Origin: Ascoidea asiatica JCM 7603
Lineage: Eukaryota > Fungi > Ascomycota
Assembly: GCA_001600695.1 (NCBI GenBank)
Contig: BCKQ01000009.1
Coordinates: 140,813-204,812 of the forward strand
DNA: 64,000 nt
Reading direction: 5' to 3'
Below the pieces are notes generated by a model. That model was not told where the DNA came from and made no database searches. It saw nothing but the letters and a program-made list of their open reading frames with translations. Position 1 is the stretch's first letter. Each line of letters starts with the position of its first letter. Of the stretch, positions 22,148 through 34,496 are shown one piece after another. The position numbers were made by a program, and so were the translations under genes.

Positions 22148-22352
22148 TAAATTTTTGATCAAGTAATAATTGTATCAATAATTGTACTCTATTAAATAAA
22201 TCAGTCAATTAATCTAGACAATTGATTTTTAAAAAAATAATAAATAGACATTTTTTTAAGCGAACCCTTAATCGGTAAATATTAAGATATTTTTAAAAAA
22301 ACTAAAAAAAAAAGAAATGATCAATATTTAAGAATGTAATAAAATAAGTTTC

Positions 22353-23679
22353 TTAATCAACATCAGCTCCAATAGGTTCATTTGATTTATTTTCATCACC
22401 TAATTCTTCACATTCTTTTAAAAATTCATTTGGAGTTATAATACTTGTACTACCATAAATTATATTTTTTCCAATTGAAGAATCTCCAAGAAGATTAGAA
22501 TTATTATTATTAATTAAAGAATCATTAAAATTTTTAGACCATTCCTGTAAATTTTGATATTCAAGATAATTTCCACCACCAACAATAAAAACTATAGATT
22601 GATTATAAATATTTCTTTTTGGAACTTTAGAATGATTACCTCTAATTATTATTGGATCAAAATATAAATAATCATCAGTTGTATTTAAAGTTGAAGATAT
22701 TGCTTTTGAAGGTTCCATTATTGATTCAACGATACTTGTAATAGGCATTAAATTTTTTTCTGGTAAAAATTTTGTTAAATTAGATAATAAAGAACCAACA
22801 CCAGTTGAAAGTTTACCTTCAGTTAAACCATATAATTTTGAAGAAAGACCAGCAAAATTTGAATTTTCATAGTTATTTGAATTTGAATTATTATTATTAT
22901 TATTGTTATTATTATTGTTATTACTATTTGATTGATTCAGTTGACTGAAAGAAGATAATTTTATAAGTTCTTTAACTTTTTTAATATAATTTAAAGAATT
23001 TAAATTACAATTATATTCAATTAATTTTTTTTCAACAGTTTTACAAAAATCATTTGATAAATCTGTTAATAAATATAAAATTAAATAAGTTCTTAATTTA
23101 TCAATTGAAGAAGAATTATTTTTTTCATTTAATTTTTTTAAAAAATCTTGTTTAATTTTTGGATCATTTAAATTTTGTTCAACTTCAAAATAAAAATCTA
23201 AATTTTTAAGTTCTAATTGTTTTAATAATGAAGCTAAAATATTCATATGCATATCAATAATTTGTTTTTTTTTAGTTAAATATGGTAATTTTTTTACAGC
23301 TAATTGAATTTGTTTTGTATCAAAATTATCTTCTGGATTTAAATTTATATCATTTAAAGAAGATATACCACCAGTTTTATTTGTTAATTCTTTTGCTTCA
23401 ATTTTATAATTATTTAATTCTTTTTCAACATTTTCAACAGCATCAGGAAATGGTATTAAAGAATTTGAAGCCCAAAAGAAATCATTTGAATCAATATCAT
23501 ATTTAGTTATAATTTCTTTTTCAATATTTTTTTCATCATTTTTTTTTATGGTTATTGTATTTCTTTCTAATTTAAAAATATCAAATACCATACATTGATA
23601 AATCCAAGAATGTGCAAACATTGAACTTAAATCAAAATTTCTATCTAAAAGAATTAAGACTAATCTTTCATTGGAAGTG

Positions 23680-23726
<47 letters not shown>

Positions 23727-24449
23727 TGTAATTTTTGCATTTATTACATGATCTCTTAATTTCGAATCTAATTTTTGAGCGACCATTTCTGCAGGACCAC
23801 CTCTTTGAGATCTAATTATTGGAATTGTAGATAAAGTTAAAATAGTATTAAATAAACCATTTGAGATATTATCAGTTATTGAATTTATTTGATCTTCATT
23901 AATTTTTGGATTATTTAAAGTTGAATAAATTTTTAATAAATTTAAAGAAAATAAATTTGGTTCAGTAACAATATAATCTAAATATTGATCATATAACTGT
24001 TTAATTTTATAAGATTTATTAATTAAAGAAACTTGTTTTGCAAAATATTCTAATAAATTTCTATCAAGATTTGAAATAAAATTTATATAAAAATTTGAAT
24101 AATTATCATCTTTTAAATCTTCAATAATTAAATCAATATTTTTTTTAATTGGTTGAATAAAATAAATTACAGGTACATCAGGTAATGGAGCTCTAATTGA
24201 ATTTATTGAAGAATGCATAGTCACACCACATTTTAATAAATCATTAACTCTTAATACAGAAGATACAATTAAAGTTGATTTTGAATCTAATATTAATACT
24301 TTCCAAATTATATCTTCATCATCATTATTTACTTTATCATTATTATTTGTAGAAGTTTTTTGAATATCATTAAGATTAAGCATTCGTTCCAATGCTGCCA
24401 CCTGTCTTTCCCGAAAACTCACCAAGGATTGATTTGATTTGAATGACAT
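22353..24449 (-). CDS. SLY1: Sec1/Munc18 family protein for ER-Golgi transport
   Basis: WKVLILD, SSVLRVNDLL, RGGPAEMVAQKLD, HSWIYQCM, VGGGNYLEYQNLQEW and IYGSTSI. Confidence 0.95.
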
Positions 24450-24956
24450 TGTGATGAAGATTATGATGATGATTATGTTGATAATAATTATAAAATCAAT
24501 AAAAGAAATGGATTGAGATGATAAAAGAAATTAAAATATAACTGAAATAAACGTTTATTTCTATAAAATTGGTGTTGTCTTCAAACGATCCGTAGTTGAT
24601 AGTTGTTAACAATTAGTTGCTGAGTAAGCATTGCATAATAATGAGGTAAGCACCCTCAAAGATGGTAAATGCATTCTTATTTAGTCATCGGTGATAACAT
24701 GTAGTTTATACCTTATGGTACATTAAACCCGCTTTTCTGGTTTTTGGTTTTTTTTCATTTTTCACTTCGGTTAAATTCCTGAATTAAAAATTTATATCAA
24801 AAGCCATGGAAATTATCAATTTTTTATGGGGTTTTTAAGTAAAGGATCAAGAGCTAAATATCAAATGAAAGTATTTTATTCAATGATATTTGATTGAATT
24901 GTTATAAAAATGGGATAGATATACTCATAGTTTTATTCATGTATTGATTTCAAGTA

Positions 24957-26909
24957 ATGTTTTCTAAAAGGATATTCATTTCTTCTAAGACTTGTTTAAA
25001 TTCATATATAAATAATTGTTCAAGATATAAACTTAAAATAGGTGGTGGTGTTTGTTGTCGTTTTAGATTTTATTCAAAGACATTTAATGAATTATATGAG
25101 AAGAATTTAATTAAATCAAGTTATTTGAATAATGCATTAAAAGAATTAGAATATAATCATTTAACAAAGACTCAAGAACAAATCTTAGAACCAATATTAA
25201 TTGAATCTAAATTAGAATTAAAAAATGAAAAAAATGAAAAAAATGATATAGTTATATCTGCAGAGACTGGATCTGGTAAAACATTATCATATATATTACC
25301 AATATTAGATGATTTGTTATTATCTTTATTATCAACAGAGGAAATGAATTCAGATTTTGAAAATAAAATACATTCAATTATAATGGTACCTACAAGAGAT
25401 TTAGCAAATCAAGTTACTTTTGAAATTAATAAATTTTTAAATATTATTAATAAAAGTATTACTGAAAATAATAAAAAACTAAGTTGTTTAATGATTACAG
25501 GAGGTGAAATAAGTAAAAAAAATCAAATTGAATTAATATTTAATAATATCAATAATAGAATTCCAGATATTTTAATATGTACATCAGGTAGATTTATTGA
25601 TTTATTTATAAATACAAGTACAGATTTGGAAGATAATGAAATATTTAATAATGTCAAGTATCTTATATATGATGAAGCAGATAAATTATTAGGACCAGCA
25701 TATTTTAATGATATTGAAAAAATTAAAAAATTTATAATGAAAAAAAGAAATATTAACAATAAAAATTCAATATTAAATTTATTTTTCTCCGCAACAATTG
25801 ATGAAAGTTCAATAAATTTAATCAAAAAATTAAAGAATTTAAAGAATTTTAATAATATTGAAGATAATAATGATATAAAATATTTAAATATAAATAATAG
25901 TTCCAATGTATTAAGTCCGAAAAAAGAAATAAATCAATCAATTGTATTTACAAATAATTTATTTGATAATTTCATAAGTTCAATATTATTTATTAATAAA
26001 AGAATAGTAAGTGAAAAGAAATTTTTCAAAGGAATTATATTTTTACCAACAATAAAATCGGTTGAATTTTATAATGAATTAATTTTAATTAATAATAAAT
26101 TATTTAAAATTAATTTAAAAATTTTCTATATTTCTGGAGATATTTCAAATAAATTAAGATTAAAAATTATTAATGAATTTAAAAATACATTTGAATTCAA
26201 TTCATTATTAATTTCAACAGATATTTCATCTAGAGGTATGGATTATCCAAATCTTACAAATATTATAATTATTGGAACACAATTAGACTATGAAAATTAT
26301 ATTCATAAAATTGGTAGAATTTCAAGAGGATTATTATCACCTGAAAGGGGTGATGATGATAAAAATGAATATAATTCAATAATTTATTTAAGTAAATTTG
26401 AAGAAAATTATTATAAATTTTTAATTAAAAATAATTTTATTATATTTAATAATAAATTTAAAGATATTGGGAATTTAAAATTTGAAAATTTACTTATGAA
26501 TGAATTTTATAAGAAATTAAAACAGAATAACCAACTTGAAAAAGATATATATATTTCAAATTTTATAAATTCAATAATTAGTTATTATTCAATAATTTAT
26601 AAGAAATATAATATTGAAGAGAAAATGTTATTTGAAACTATTTTAAATCTATATAAAAGAATTAATAGAGAAGAATATGAAAATAATAAGAATTTAAAAC
26701 CAAGAATTAATTTAAATTTAATTATAAGTTATTTTAAAAACATTCCAATTTCAATTATTGAGAATTATTTTGAAATTAATAATGAAGAAAAAGAAAAATT
26801 GGAAAAAATTCATAAGAATAATAATAAACAAGTCAATTTCAAGGATATTAAGAGAGTTAATACTAAGAAACAAGTGAAAAGAGAAGTAACAGATAGATTT
26901 AATTATTAA
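24957..26909 (+). CDS. Divergent mitochondrial DEAD-box RNA helicase, Mss116-like
   Basis: Basic mitochondrial-presequence-like N-terminus; AETGSGKT, PTRDLANQ, DEAD, FSAT, IIFLPT, RGMDYP and YIHKIGRISRG. Confidence 0.75.
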   Translation: MFSKRIFISSKTCLNSYINNCSRYKLKIGGGVCCRFRFYSKTFNELYEKNLIKSSYLNNALKELEYNHLTKTQEQILEPILIESKLELKNEKNEKNDIVISAETGSGKTLSYILPILDDLLLSLLSTEEMNSDFENKIHSIIMVPTRDLANQVTFEINKFLNIINKSITENNKKLSCLMITGGEISKKNQIELIFNNINNRIPDILICTSGRFIDLFINTSTDLEDNEIFNNVKYLIYDEADKLLGPAYFNDIEKIKKFIMKKRNINNKNSILNLFFSATIDESSINLIKKLKNLKNFNNIEDNNDIKYLNINNSSNVLSPKKEINQSIVFTNNLFDNFISSILFINKRIVSEKKFFKGIIFLPTIKSVEFYNELILINNKLFKINLKIFYISGDISNKLRLKIINEFKNTFEFNSLLISTDISSRGMDYPNLTNIIIIGTQLDYENYIHKIGRISRGLLSPERGDDDKNEYNSIIYLSKFEENYYKFLIKNNFIIFNNKFKDIGNLKFENLLMNEFYKKLKQNNQLEKDIYISNFINSIISYYSIIYKKYNIEEKMLFETILNLYKRINREEYENNKNLKPRINLNLIISYFKNIPISIIENYFEINNEEKEKLEKIHKNNNKQVNFKDIKRVNTKKQVKREVTDRFNY

Positions 26910-27085
26910 TAATATCTTCAGTTACAAGTTTATATCCTTCTTTTTATATATATTTGTCTCTGTAAGCATAATAAATGAACCGAAAAAGAGGAACCGCAAA
27001 CATGGACTCAAAAAAGAAAAAAAAAATATATATCCGGATTCACCCCACTCAGGATTAAATAAATACGGACCGGATATTTAAAATA

Positions 27086-27116
27086 CCGGGTAACTCTATT
27101 TTTTGGAAATCACGTG
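27086..27116 (+). promoter_or_regulatory. Reb1-type site CCGGGTAA (27086-27093) and Cbf1-type site ATCACGTG (27109-27116) upstream of the MSI1-like gene
   Basis: Exact matches to S. cerevisiae consensus motifs, 340-370 bp upstream of the ATG in a GC-enriched patch. Confidence 0.5.
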
Positions 27117-27458
27117 CTGTTTTTATTTTTGTTGTTTCTCGATTTGGCCCTGGAACTGCCAAAACTTGTTTTTGTTTTTGTTTTTGGTTTGGGGAGGACA
27201 GAAACGAAATAAAATAAGATGATAAAAAAGAAGAAGAAGAAGATGATGAGGATGAGAAAGAACTATAAGCACAAGAAGGTAGATACAGAGATAGAGAATA
27301 ATTCATAGATATAGAACTGGAATTGAGATAGAAGTGGGAATAGGAGAAGCCATTGTGAGCACATACTTTATTAAGATAATTACTGAAAAATATACACTGT
27401 ATTAAGAAACTTGAATAGAAACTTTGTCAATTAATTTAAAATTCAGTTATCAATAAAT

Positions 27459-29993
27459 ATGGAAGAATTAACTTCTGCAAATAACAATTTAATAAATATT
27501 CAAGATATTGAAAAAGTTAAAAATGAAGAATTTAAAATTTGGAAAAAAACTGTACCTTTACTTTATGATACAATTCAAACTCATGTACTTAATTATTCAT
27601 CAAATTTTTTAAAATTTTTACCAATTTCAAATTCAAATGGTGGTATAAATTATTCAAATGATAAAAATTCAATATTTTCTCAATTTTTATTATCTGAAAA
27701 TAATAATTTATCTTCTTCTTTAAATATTTATTCAATTCAATTACCTTCAACTTTATATTCAAAAAATGATATAAAAGATAATATTAAAGATAATATTCCA
27801 ATACCAATTGGTCCTGCTTTAACTTCAAAATTAGAATTTAAAAGAAGTTTTCCATTACAAGATAATGTTAATCAAATTTCTTTACCTTTTCAAAAAAATC
27901 AAACTGATAAAAATTTAGTTTATTCATTTTTAAATAATGGTTCAATTCAATTAACTGATTTAAATTCAAAGTCAAATTCAATTTCTGATTGTAAATTTTT
28001 AAAATTTCATCAAACTCAAGGTCATTCTTTAGATTCTTTTGAAAATATACTTTTATCTGCTGATAATAATGGTCAAATTGCAAAATGGATTGATGGTAAT
28101 TTATCTTCTACTTTTACTTTAAGTCAAAATGATTTTATTAATTCTAATTATTCAACAAGTATAAATTCAATATCTCAAAATTATAATTTACCTTCAATTT
28201 TTGCAACTGGTTCAAATGATAAATTATTAAATTTATTTGATTCAAGAGATAATAAAAATTCTCCATTTTTTACATCTTCTGCTTTAAATCCAATTCATAC
28301 TGATAAAATTAATTCTGTAAAATTTCATCCATATATTAAAACTTTATTATTAACTGCTTCTTCTGATAATACTATAAATATTTTTGATTTAAGAAATTTA
28401 TCATGTCCATTTAGAACTTTATTTGGTTCTTCAGCTCCAGTTTCAAATTTAAAATTTTCAACTTTAAATCCACATTTATTATCTTCTCATACTTTAGATA
28501 ATAAAATTTATATTTGGGATTTAAATAATATTAATGATGGTATCTATTCAAAAGAAATGTATTTACAAGAAAAAGAAAAATTCGAAAATATTAATTCAAA
28601 TAATGAATCTTATACTTATGATCCATGTTTAAAATTTATTCATTCTGGTCATTTAAATAATTTATATGATCATGATTGGAATCCATATTTAAATAATATT
28701 ATTGGTTCAGTATCTGATGATAAATTATTAGAATTTTGGAAACCAATTTTACATTTAAATTATGAAGATAGATATGATAATTTTTCTTCTGATGAACAAC
28801 AATCTGAAAATCTTGTTCATGATGATACAAATATCGATGAAATAAATATCGATGATACAAACATTGATGATACAAACATGGATGAAATCGATGATGATGA
28901 CGACGTTGATGATAATAATGAAAATGATAATATTAATAATAATATCGAAGATGATGAGGAAGAACAAGATGAAGAAGAACAAGAAGATAATAATAATGAT
29001 ATTCATCAAAATAATTTAAGAAATAAAAACATTGAAGATCAATTCTCATCAGAGTTAAAAGCAGCTGTAACAAAAATCATTAATCATCAAAATTCTCTGC
29101 CTCAAAATTTTTCTGAAAACACTTCTGAAAATACTTCCGAAAGTACATCCGAAAACACATCCGAAAATAATTTAGAAAATCTACCTGTACCTATACCTCC
29201 TGAACATCTAGTTGAAGGAATGTTTAAAAATGAACCTGAATCTTCGGGTAATGAATTAAATGAAGTTTTGACTAAAGTCAAGGAAGACAAACTGAAAAAA
29301 CAAGAAAATGATATAAATGATCAAAAAGATTCAATATCTGAAACTGTATATCGACTCGTACTTCGAAATGATGAAAGTGCAGAATCTTTTATGAGAGGAG
29401 AATTGTTGAAACCTGAAGAAAATATTAATACAAAAGAAGTTGAAAGTGAAAATAGTTCCTCGGAAGTAAAAGAGATACAAGAAGACTCAAACGATGAGAA
29501 TGAATTGGAAAATAAAAATGAAATAAATAATAAACAGGTTAAAATTGAAATTCAATTAACGAAACCTAGTCAGATTGAAAATGAAGAGAAAAACGAAGTT
29601 GAAAATCAAAGTATAAATGAAAATGAAAATGATATACAAATACAGGAAGAAATTAGAAATCCATTAATTACTATTAATAGGCCAAGATTAGATAATTCAA
29701 AACTGCTGAAAATTGATACACCACCAGAATCAAGCGGTGAAGAAATAAATTCTATTGATGATAATAATGGTAACATAAGCATTAACCAAAATGAGATTCA
29801 AATTGATATTAATAATGATGATATTCTTCAAGATCCAGAAGAACCAATACTAACTGAGATTAATAATAATGAAAATAATAATAGTGAAAATAATAATAAT
29901 GAAAATAATAGTGAAAATATTAATAGTGAAAATAATAGAGATGATGAATCAAAAAAAGAAATAACAGATAAAGATATAGATATGGAAAAATAA
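27459..29993 (+). CDS. MSI1: RBBP4/Msi1(Cac3)/Hat2-family histone-binding WD40 protein with a ~410-aa acidic C-terminal extension
   Basis: NEEFKIWKKTVPLLYD N-terminal helix, WD repeats (IFDLRNL, IWDL), LKFIHSGH...DHDWNP...SVSDDKLLEFWKP. The choice between MSI1 and HAT2 is tentative. Confidence 0.72.
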   Translation: MEELTSANNNLINIQDIEKVKNEEFKIWKKTVPLLYDTIQTHVLNYSSNFLKFLPISNSNGGINYSNDKNSIFSQFLLSENNNLSSSLNIYSIQLPSTLYSKNDIKDNIKDNIPIPIGPALTSKLEFKRSFPLQDNVNQISLPFQKNQTDKNLVYSFLNNGSIQLTDLNSKSNSISDCKFLKFHQTQGHSLDSFENILLSADNNGQIAKWIDGNLSSTFTLSQNDFINSNYSTSINSISQNYNLPSIFATGSNDKLLNLFDSRDNKNSPFFTSSALNPIHTDKINSVKFHPYIKTLLLTASSDNTINIFDLRNLSCPFRTLFGSSAPVSNLKFSTLNPHLLSSHTLDNKIYIWDLNNINDGIYSKEMYLQEKEKFENINSNNESYTYDPCLKFIHSGHLNNLYDHDWNPYLNNIIGSVSDDKLLEFWKPILHLNYEDRYDNFSSDEQQSENLVHDDTNIDEINIDDTNIDDTNMDEIDDDDDVDDNNENDNINNNIEDDEEEQDEEEQEDNNNDIHQNNLRNKNIEDQFSSELKAAVTKIINHQNSLPQNFSENTSENTSESTSENTSENNLENLPVPIPPEHLVEGMFKNEPESSGNELNEVLTKVKEDKLKKQENDINDQKDSISETVYRLVLRNDESAESFMRGELLKPEENINTKEVESENSSSEVKEIQEDSNDENELENKNEINNKQVKIEIQLTKPSQIENEEKNEVENQSINENENDIQIQEEIRNPLITINRPRLDNSKLLKIDTPPESSGEEINSIDDNNGNISINQNEIQIDINNDDILQDPEEPILTEINNNENNNSENNNNENNSENINSENNRDDESKKEITDKDIDMEK

Positions 29994-30123
29994 ACTAATT
30001 ATAATTTTAGGTAAATATTAGATCAATATTTGCCATAATTAATTATTGTGTACTTATATATGTATAAATTTTGAATAAATGATAATGAAAAATTCAAAAA
30101 ATAAAGTAAATTTCTTAAAATAA

Positions 30124-31474
30124 TTACCATCTATGAGTTTCATCACCTTCCTTCCATTGTCGTTCTTCATAACCCAAGATTTTTTTAACTTCTTTAACAA
30201 GAATTGGATTACCCATATTTTTACCAATATTATCACTAATTTTAATTGCATCTTTATCATTAACTTTTTTTAATTTTATTACAATATTTAATGGATTTGT
30301 TTTAATATTTTTATTTGATTTTTTTTTAAAATCATTTGTAAAATTTGTACCAATACCAAAAGTTGCATTCAAACCAAATTCTTTTGCTTTTTTATTAAAT
30401 TTTATACATTTTTCAATATTTAAAGCATCAGAATAACAAATAATTTTAGAAAATTTTGGTAAATTTCTAAAATTTAAATAAAATTTACTAATTTTTTCAG
30501 TATATAATAATGGATCACCAGAATCTTGTCTAACACCCATATAATTTGAAATATATGGTTCTTTAAAATTATTCAAAAATGAATCAGTACCAAAAGTATC
30601 AGTTAAAGCTAAACCAGCATTTTTTAAACCAACAGTATCACACCAATATTTCATTGATAAATAATTTGCATTTTTATAATCACCAGTAATTGAAGCTATA
30701 GCCATAATCCATTCATGAGCAACAGTACCAATTGGTTTTAAATTATATTTTTTAGCTAAAAAAACATTACTTGTACCAATTAAAAGATTTTTTTTATCTT
30801 TTGGAACATTTTTATCATCATCAAAAAAATTCACAATTGTTTTAATAACTAAATCTTGAGCTTTAAAAGATCTTCTTCTTCTTGTACCAAATTCAGAAAA
30901 AAAACATTCATTTTCAAATAATTTCTTACATTTATATTCTGCCAATTCAATTTGATTATCATAATCCCAATCAATATCAACATATTTGAAATAACATTCA
31001 GAAAATATTGATAAAAGTGGAATTTCATATAAAATTGTTTCTTGCCAAAGACCTTTGATTTGTAAATTTAAATCTTTTGTTTCATTATTAAAATCTAAAA
31101 TAATTTGATTTTTTGGATCAAGTTTAAATTCTTTAATATAATCAAAATATTCTTTTGGTAAATAAGGTAATTGATCTTTTAAATAATTAATTTCATCATT
31201 TGTGAAAACTAAATTTTCTAAAGTACTTATTTGATATTTTAATTCTTCAAATGCTTCAAGATTGAATTTCATTGAAGGAGTACGATTTGTGAATTGATAA
31301 ACAACATCTTAATTATTCAAATCCTTGTTAGTAAAAGACTACTCAATCGTTTCAATTGAAATAAAAATCATACTTACAAGTAGTTGGAAAGTTCTTATGA
31401 ACTGCAGCTTGCATTGTCAATTTATAAAGATCTGTATCCAACAAAGATCTAATAAATGGTTGCTTGTCACTCAT
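30124..31474 (-). CDS. NPT1: Nicotinate phosphoribosyltransferase; exons 31474-31378 and 31307-30124
   Basis: Exon 1 MSDKQPFIRSLLDTDLYKLTMQAAV; intron GTAAGT...TACTAAC...AAG; spliced YVVYQFTNRT; SEFGTRRRRS, GTVAHEW, LTDTFGT, GVRQDSGDP, FGIGTNFTND and KISDNIGKNMG. Confidence 0.95.
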
Positions 31475-31874
31475 TTTGGTCTAGTATATGAAAATTACTT
31501 AAGAATAACTTGAAAATACAATAGGGACTCGATACAAATTGAAAATATATGCTGTATATACTATATTGTCTAATCTCGTATAAAAACAATTGCTTCTTTT
31601 ACATTCAACAGGAACAAGATAAAAAAAAAGAAGGTCCAGAGATGTTTATTTTATTACTGCTCATTGAATTTATTTTTTATCGCTGCTTGAAATGAGATCT
31701 GGTTAAGCCACATACGCAGCCACAAACGCCTTCCCGCGGGAATTTCCACTCTGATGAGTTCCAAGCCGCGGGATGCCTTTTTGTGACCGAATCAAGAAAT
31801 TTTTCACTTTGAAACTTTTTTTTATTTTTTTGATTTGATTTATTTTATTCTGTTTATTAAAAGGTTTGTTTGAT

Positions 31875-34496
31875 TTAAATTAGATTGACAACTTTGTCAA
31901 ACAAAGAGCCCAAGGGAAAGTCATTGAATTCAAATTCCTCCTTGATGACCTTGTCAAAGGTGTGTGAGTTGATGTTTTTACCAAACCAAAAGCTTTCTCT
32001 ATCATCAATTGAACTTGAAGTTATATCCTTTTTATAATTCTTATTATTATTCTGTAAAGTTTCATTTATAACCAAACCACCTGCAGAACTCTTAAGAGCT
32101 TGTTTTATTAATAATCCAAATGAATCTTGTTTCTTTTTACTGATTCCTTTAATTGAGCTTGTTAATGTCTGTTTTTCTTCAGCGATTTTATAAATATTAT
32201 AATCAATATCAATAAATAAAAATTCTTCAGTATTTTTATTGAAAAATAAAGAACTTATATAATTTTTGTGAATTTTAACAGAAACTTCTAAGATTTGATT
32301 ATTATTGTTATTGATTTTAATTGTGAAAATCTTTGAAGTTAATTCAAAAGTTTCTGGATTTTTAAAATTTATTGCAAATATAATTATATTTTTATTTTCA
32401 TTTATATCTAATAAATTACTACCATTTTTATTAATAAAATTATTTAAATTAAATTGCCATTCTATTTTAAATTCAAGTAAATTAAATCCAATTAACTTAT
32501 TTTTAGATAAAATTATTAAAATTTTATCATTATTGATTAATTTTAAACTTCTTATTCTTGAATCAGAAATTAATGGAATTGAAATATTACTGATATTATC
32601 ATTATCATTATTATTATTATTTTCAAGATTTATAACTGAAATTTTATTTTCAATTGCAAGAAAAATTGTTGAACCATCTGATGACCAACATGAAACTATT
32701 GAATTTGTATTTAAATTTAAATTTCCATTTATATGTTTTCTTATTGACCAATTAATATCAGTTTGATTTTTTAATTTTTTATTAATAGTATAACCTTTTT
32801 TGGAAAATGTTGGTCTCCAAATTCTTATACAACCACTATTATCTAAAGTTAAAAATCCTTCACCATTGAAATATTCAAAAGGTGCAGGAATTATTTGATT
32901 TATAATTTTATCACCATGAGGATTAATAATTTTTGAAATTAAATCCCAAGAATTAGTTTCTAAATTAAATTTCCAAAATTTTAAATTATAAATTTCTTCA
33001 AAAGATAATTGTTTATTTTTAAAATTTGAATATTTAAAAATATCAAAAGTTGACATCCATAAACCATCAATTGTAAAAGAAATTAAATTAATTTCAGGTT
33101 CAAGAATATTTAATTCATCTTTAACTTTACCAGCAGATTGAATTGAATTAGTTAATTTTTGTGTAAAAATTTCTTCATTATTTTTTAAATTAAAACATTG
33201 AATTTGAGATGCATTAATGAAATATAATGAATTTGTTTTATTGTTAATATAAGTTTTGAAATTGAATTCTCTTTTAATTTTATATAATTCCATTGAATTA
33301 TTGGAATTTTTATCCAAATCTGAAATATTCTTTTTAAATTCAGATTGAAGATGATTAATATTTGAAATATTTGGTCTGATTGAATTAATTGAAATTCTTG
33401 AAGATAAATCAGTAAAATTAAGTACTAAATATTTTAAATCTTTTGTATTGTTTGAATTATTTGAAGTATTTGAAATTTCAAATTTTAAATTTATATAATT
33501 TTCAGAACTTTCGATATCTTTAATTTCACCAGATAATCTTGGTAAAAATTGTAATTTATCAGAATTTAATTGCCAAAATACTAAAACTTTTTCCAATCCA
33601 CCAGAAAGTAAATAATTATTATCATAAGTAAAAGAAATTGAAGAAACTTTATCAACATGCCATCTTAAAAATCTAAATTTATTATTTGTATAAATTAACT
33701 GAATTATACCATTTTTAAAACCTAGAGCAATTAATTTATTATTTGAAATTGCAATTGAAGATATAAGATTTGTTGATTTTAATTTTTTTAAATTTGGAAT
33801 TTTTATTGAAGTTTCTTTATCGATTATAGTTTCATTATTTATTGAATAATCTGATAATGAAATAACTTTTAAAGATAATACACTTGAAACATTAACTAAA
33901 AAGACAAGATATGAAGAATTTAAAGAGATATTATAATTAAGTACACCAGAAGCTGTATATATTTCTTTTGAAGTATATGTGATATTCTCATATATATTTT
34001 CTTTTTCATCTATACTTTCTTCTATATTTTCATTTTCATTTGGTAAAGTTTTATTGAAATTAAAAGATAATTTAATTAAAGATTTTGAATATTTCTGTTT
34101 TCCAATTAATAAAAAAATATCATAATTCGAACTAATTAATAAAATTTTTTCTATATTAACAATATTTAATCTTAATTTTTTAATAATTTTTTTTAAAATT
34201 AAATCAAAAAATAAAATTTCACCTTCAGATTTTATTATCCAAATAATTTCAGTATTAATTGGATCAAATCTTATATCAATTACAGAATTTTGAATCTTTG
34301 AAAGATCTTGTGGATTAAAATATATTGTTTGAATACATAATTTTGTTAATAAATTATATATCTGAATATGATTATTATAAAGTACTAAATACAATTTATT
34401 ATCATTTGAGAAAATAGTATTATTTGAATTCTTTATGAAATTTCCTCCTCCAACCAAGGAGATATTTTGTTTCAACTTTGAAGCAGTAACATTCAT
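31875..34496 (-). CDS. NAN1: U3 snoRNP t-UTP subunit Nan1/Utp17 (WD40)
   Basis: LRWHVDKV, YLLSGGLEKVLVFWQL, LQFLPRL, GLWMSTFD, LKFWKF and KIINPHG. Confidence 0.88.
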   Translation of the reverse strand: MNVTASKLKQNISLVGGGNFIKNSNNTIFSNDNKLYLVLYNNHIQIYNLLTKLCIQTIYFNPQDLSKIQNSVIDIRFDPINTEIIWIIKSEGEILFFDLILKKIIKKLRLNIVNIEKILLISSNYDIFLLIGKQKYSKSLIKLSFNFNKTLPNENENIEESIDEKENIYENITYTSKEIYTASGVLNYNISLNSSYLVFLVNVSSVLSLKVISLSDYSINNETIIDKETSIKIPNLKKLKSTNLISSIAISNNKLIALGFKNGIIQLIYTNNKFRFLRWHVDKVSSISFTYDNNYLLSGGLEKVLVFWQLNSDKLQFLPRLSGEIKDIESSENYINLKFEISNTSNNSNNTKDLKYLVLNFTDLSSRISINSIRPNISNINHLQSEFKKNISDLDKNSNNSMELYKIKREFNFKTYINNKTNSLYFINASQIQCFNLKNNEEIFTQKLTNSIQSAGKVKDELNILEPEINLISFTIDGLWMSTFDIFKYSNFKNKQLSFEEIYNLKFWKFNLETNSWDLISKIINPHGDKIINQIIPAPFEYFNGEGFLTLDNSGCIRIWRPTFSKKGYTINKKLKNQTDINWSIRKHINGNLNLNTNSIVSCWSSDGSTIFLAIENKISVINLENNNNNDNDNISNISIPLISDSRIRSLKLINNDKILIILSKNKLIGFNLLEFKIEWQFNLNNFINKNGSNLLDINENKNIIIFAINFKNPETFELTSKIFTIKINNNNNQILEVSVKIHKNYISSLFFNKNTEEFLFIDIDYNIYKIAEEKQTLTSSIKGISKKKQDSFGLLIKQALKSSAGGLVINETLQNNNKNYKKDITSSSIDDRESFWFGKNINSHTFDKVIKEEFEFNDFPLGSLFDKVVNLI

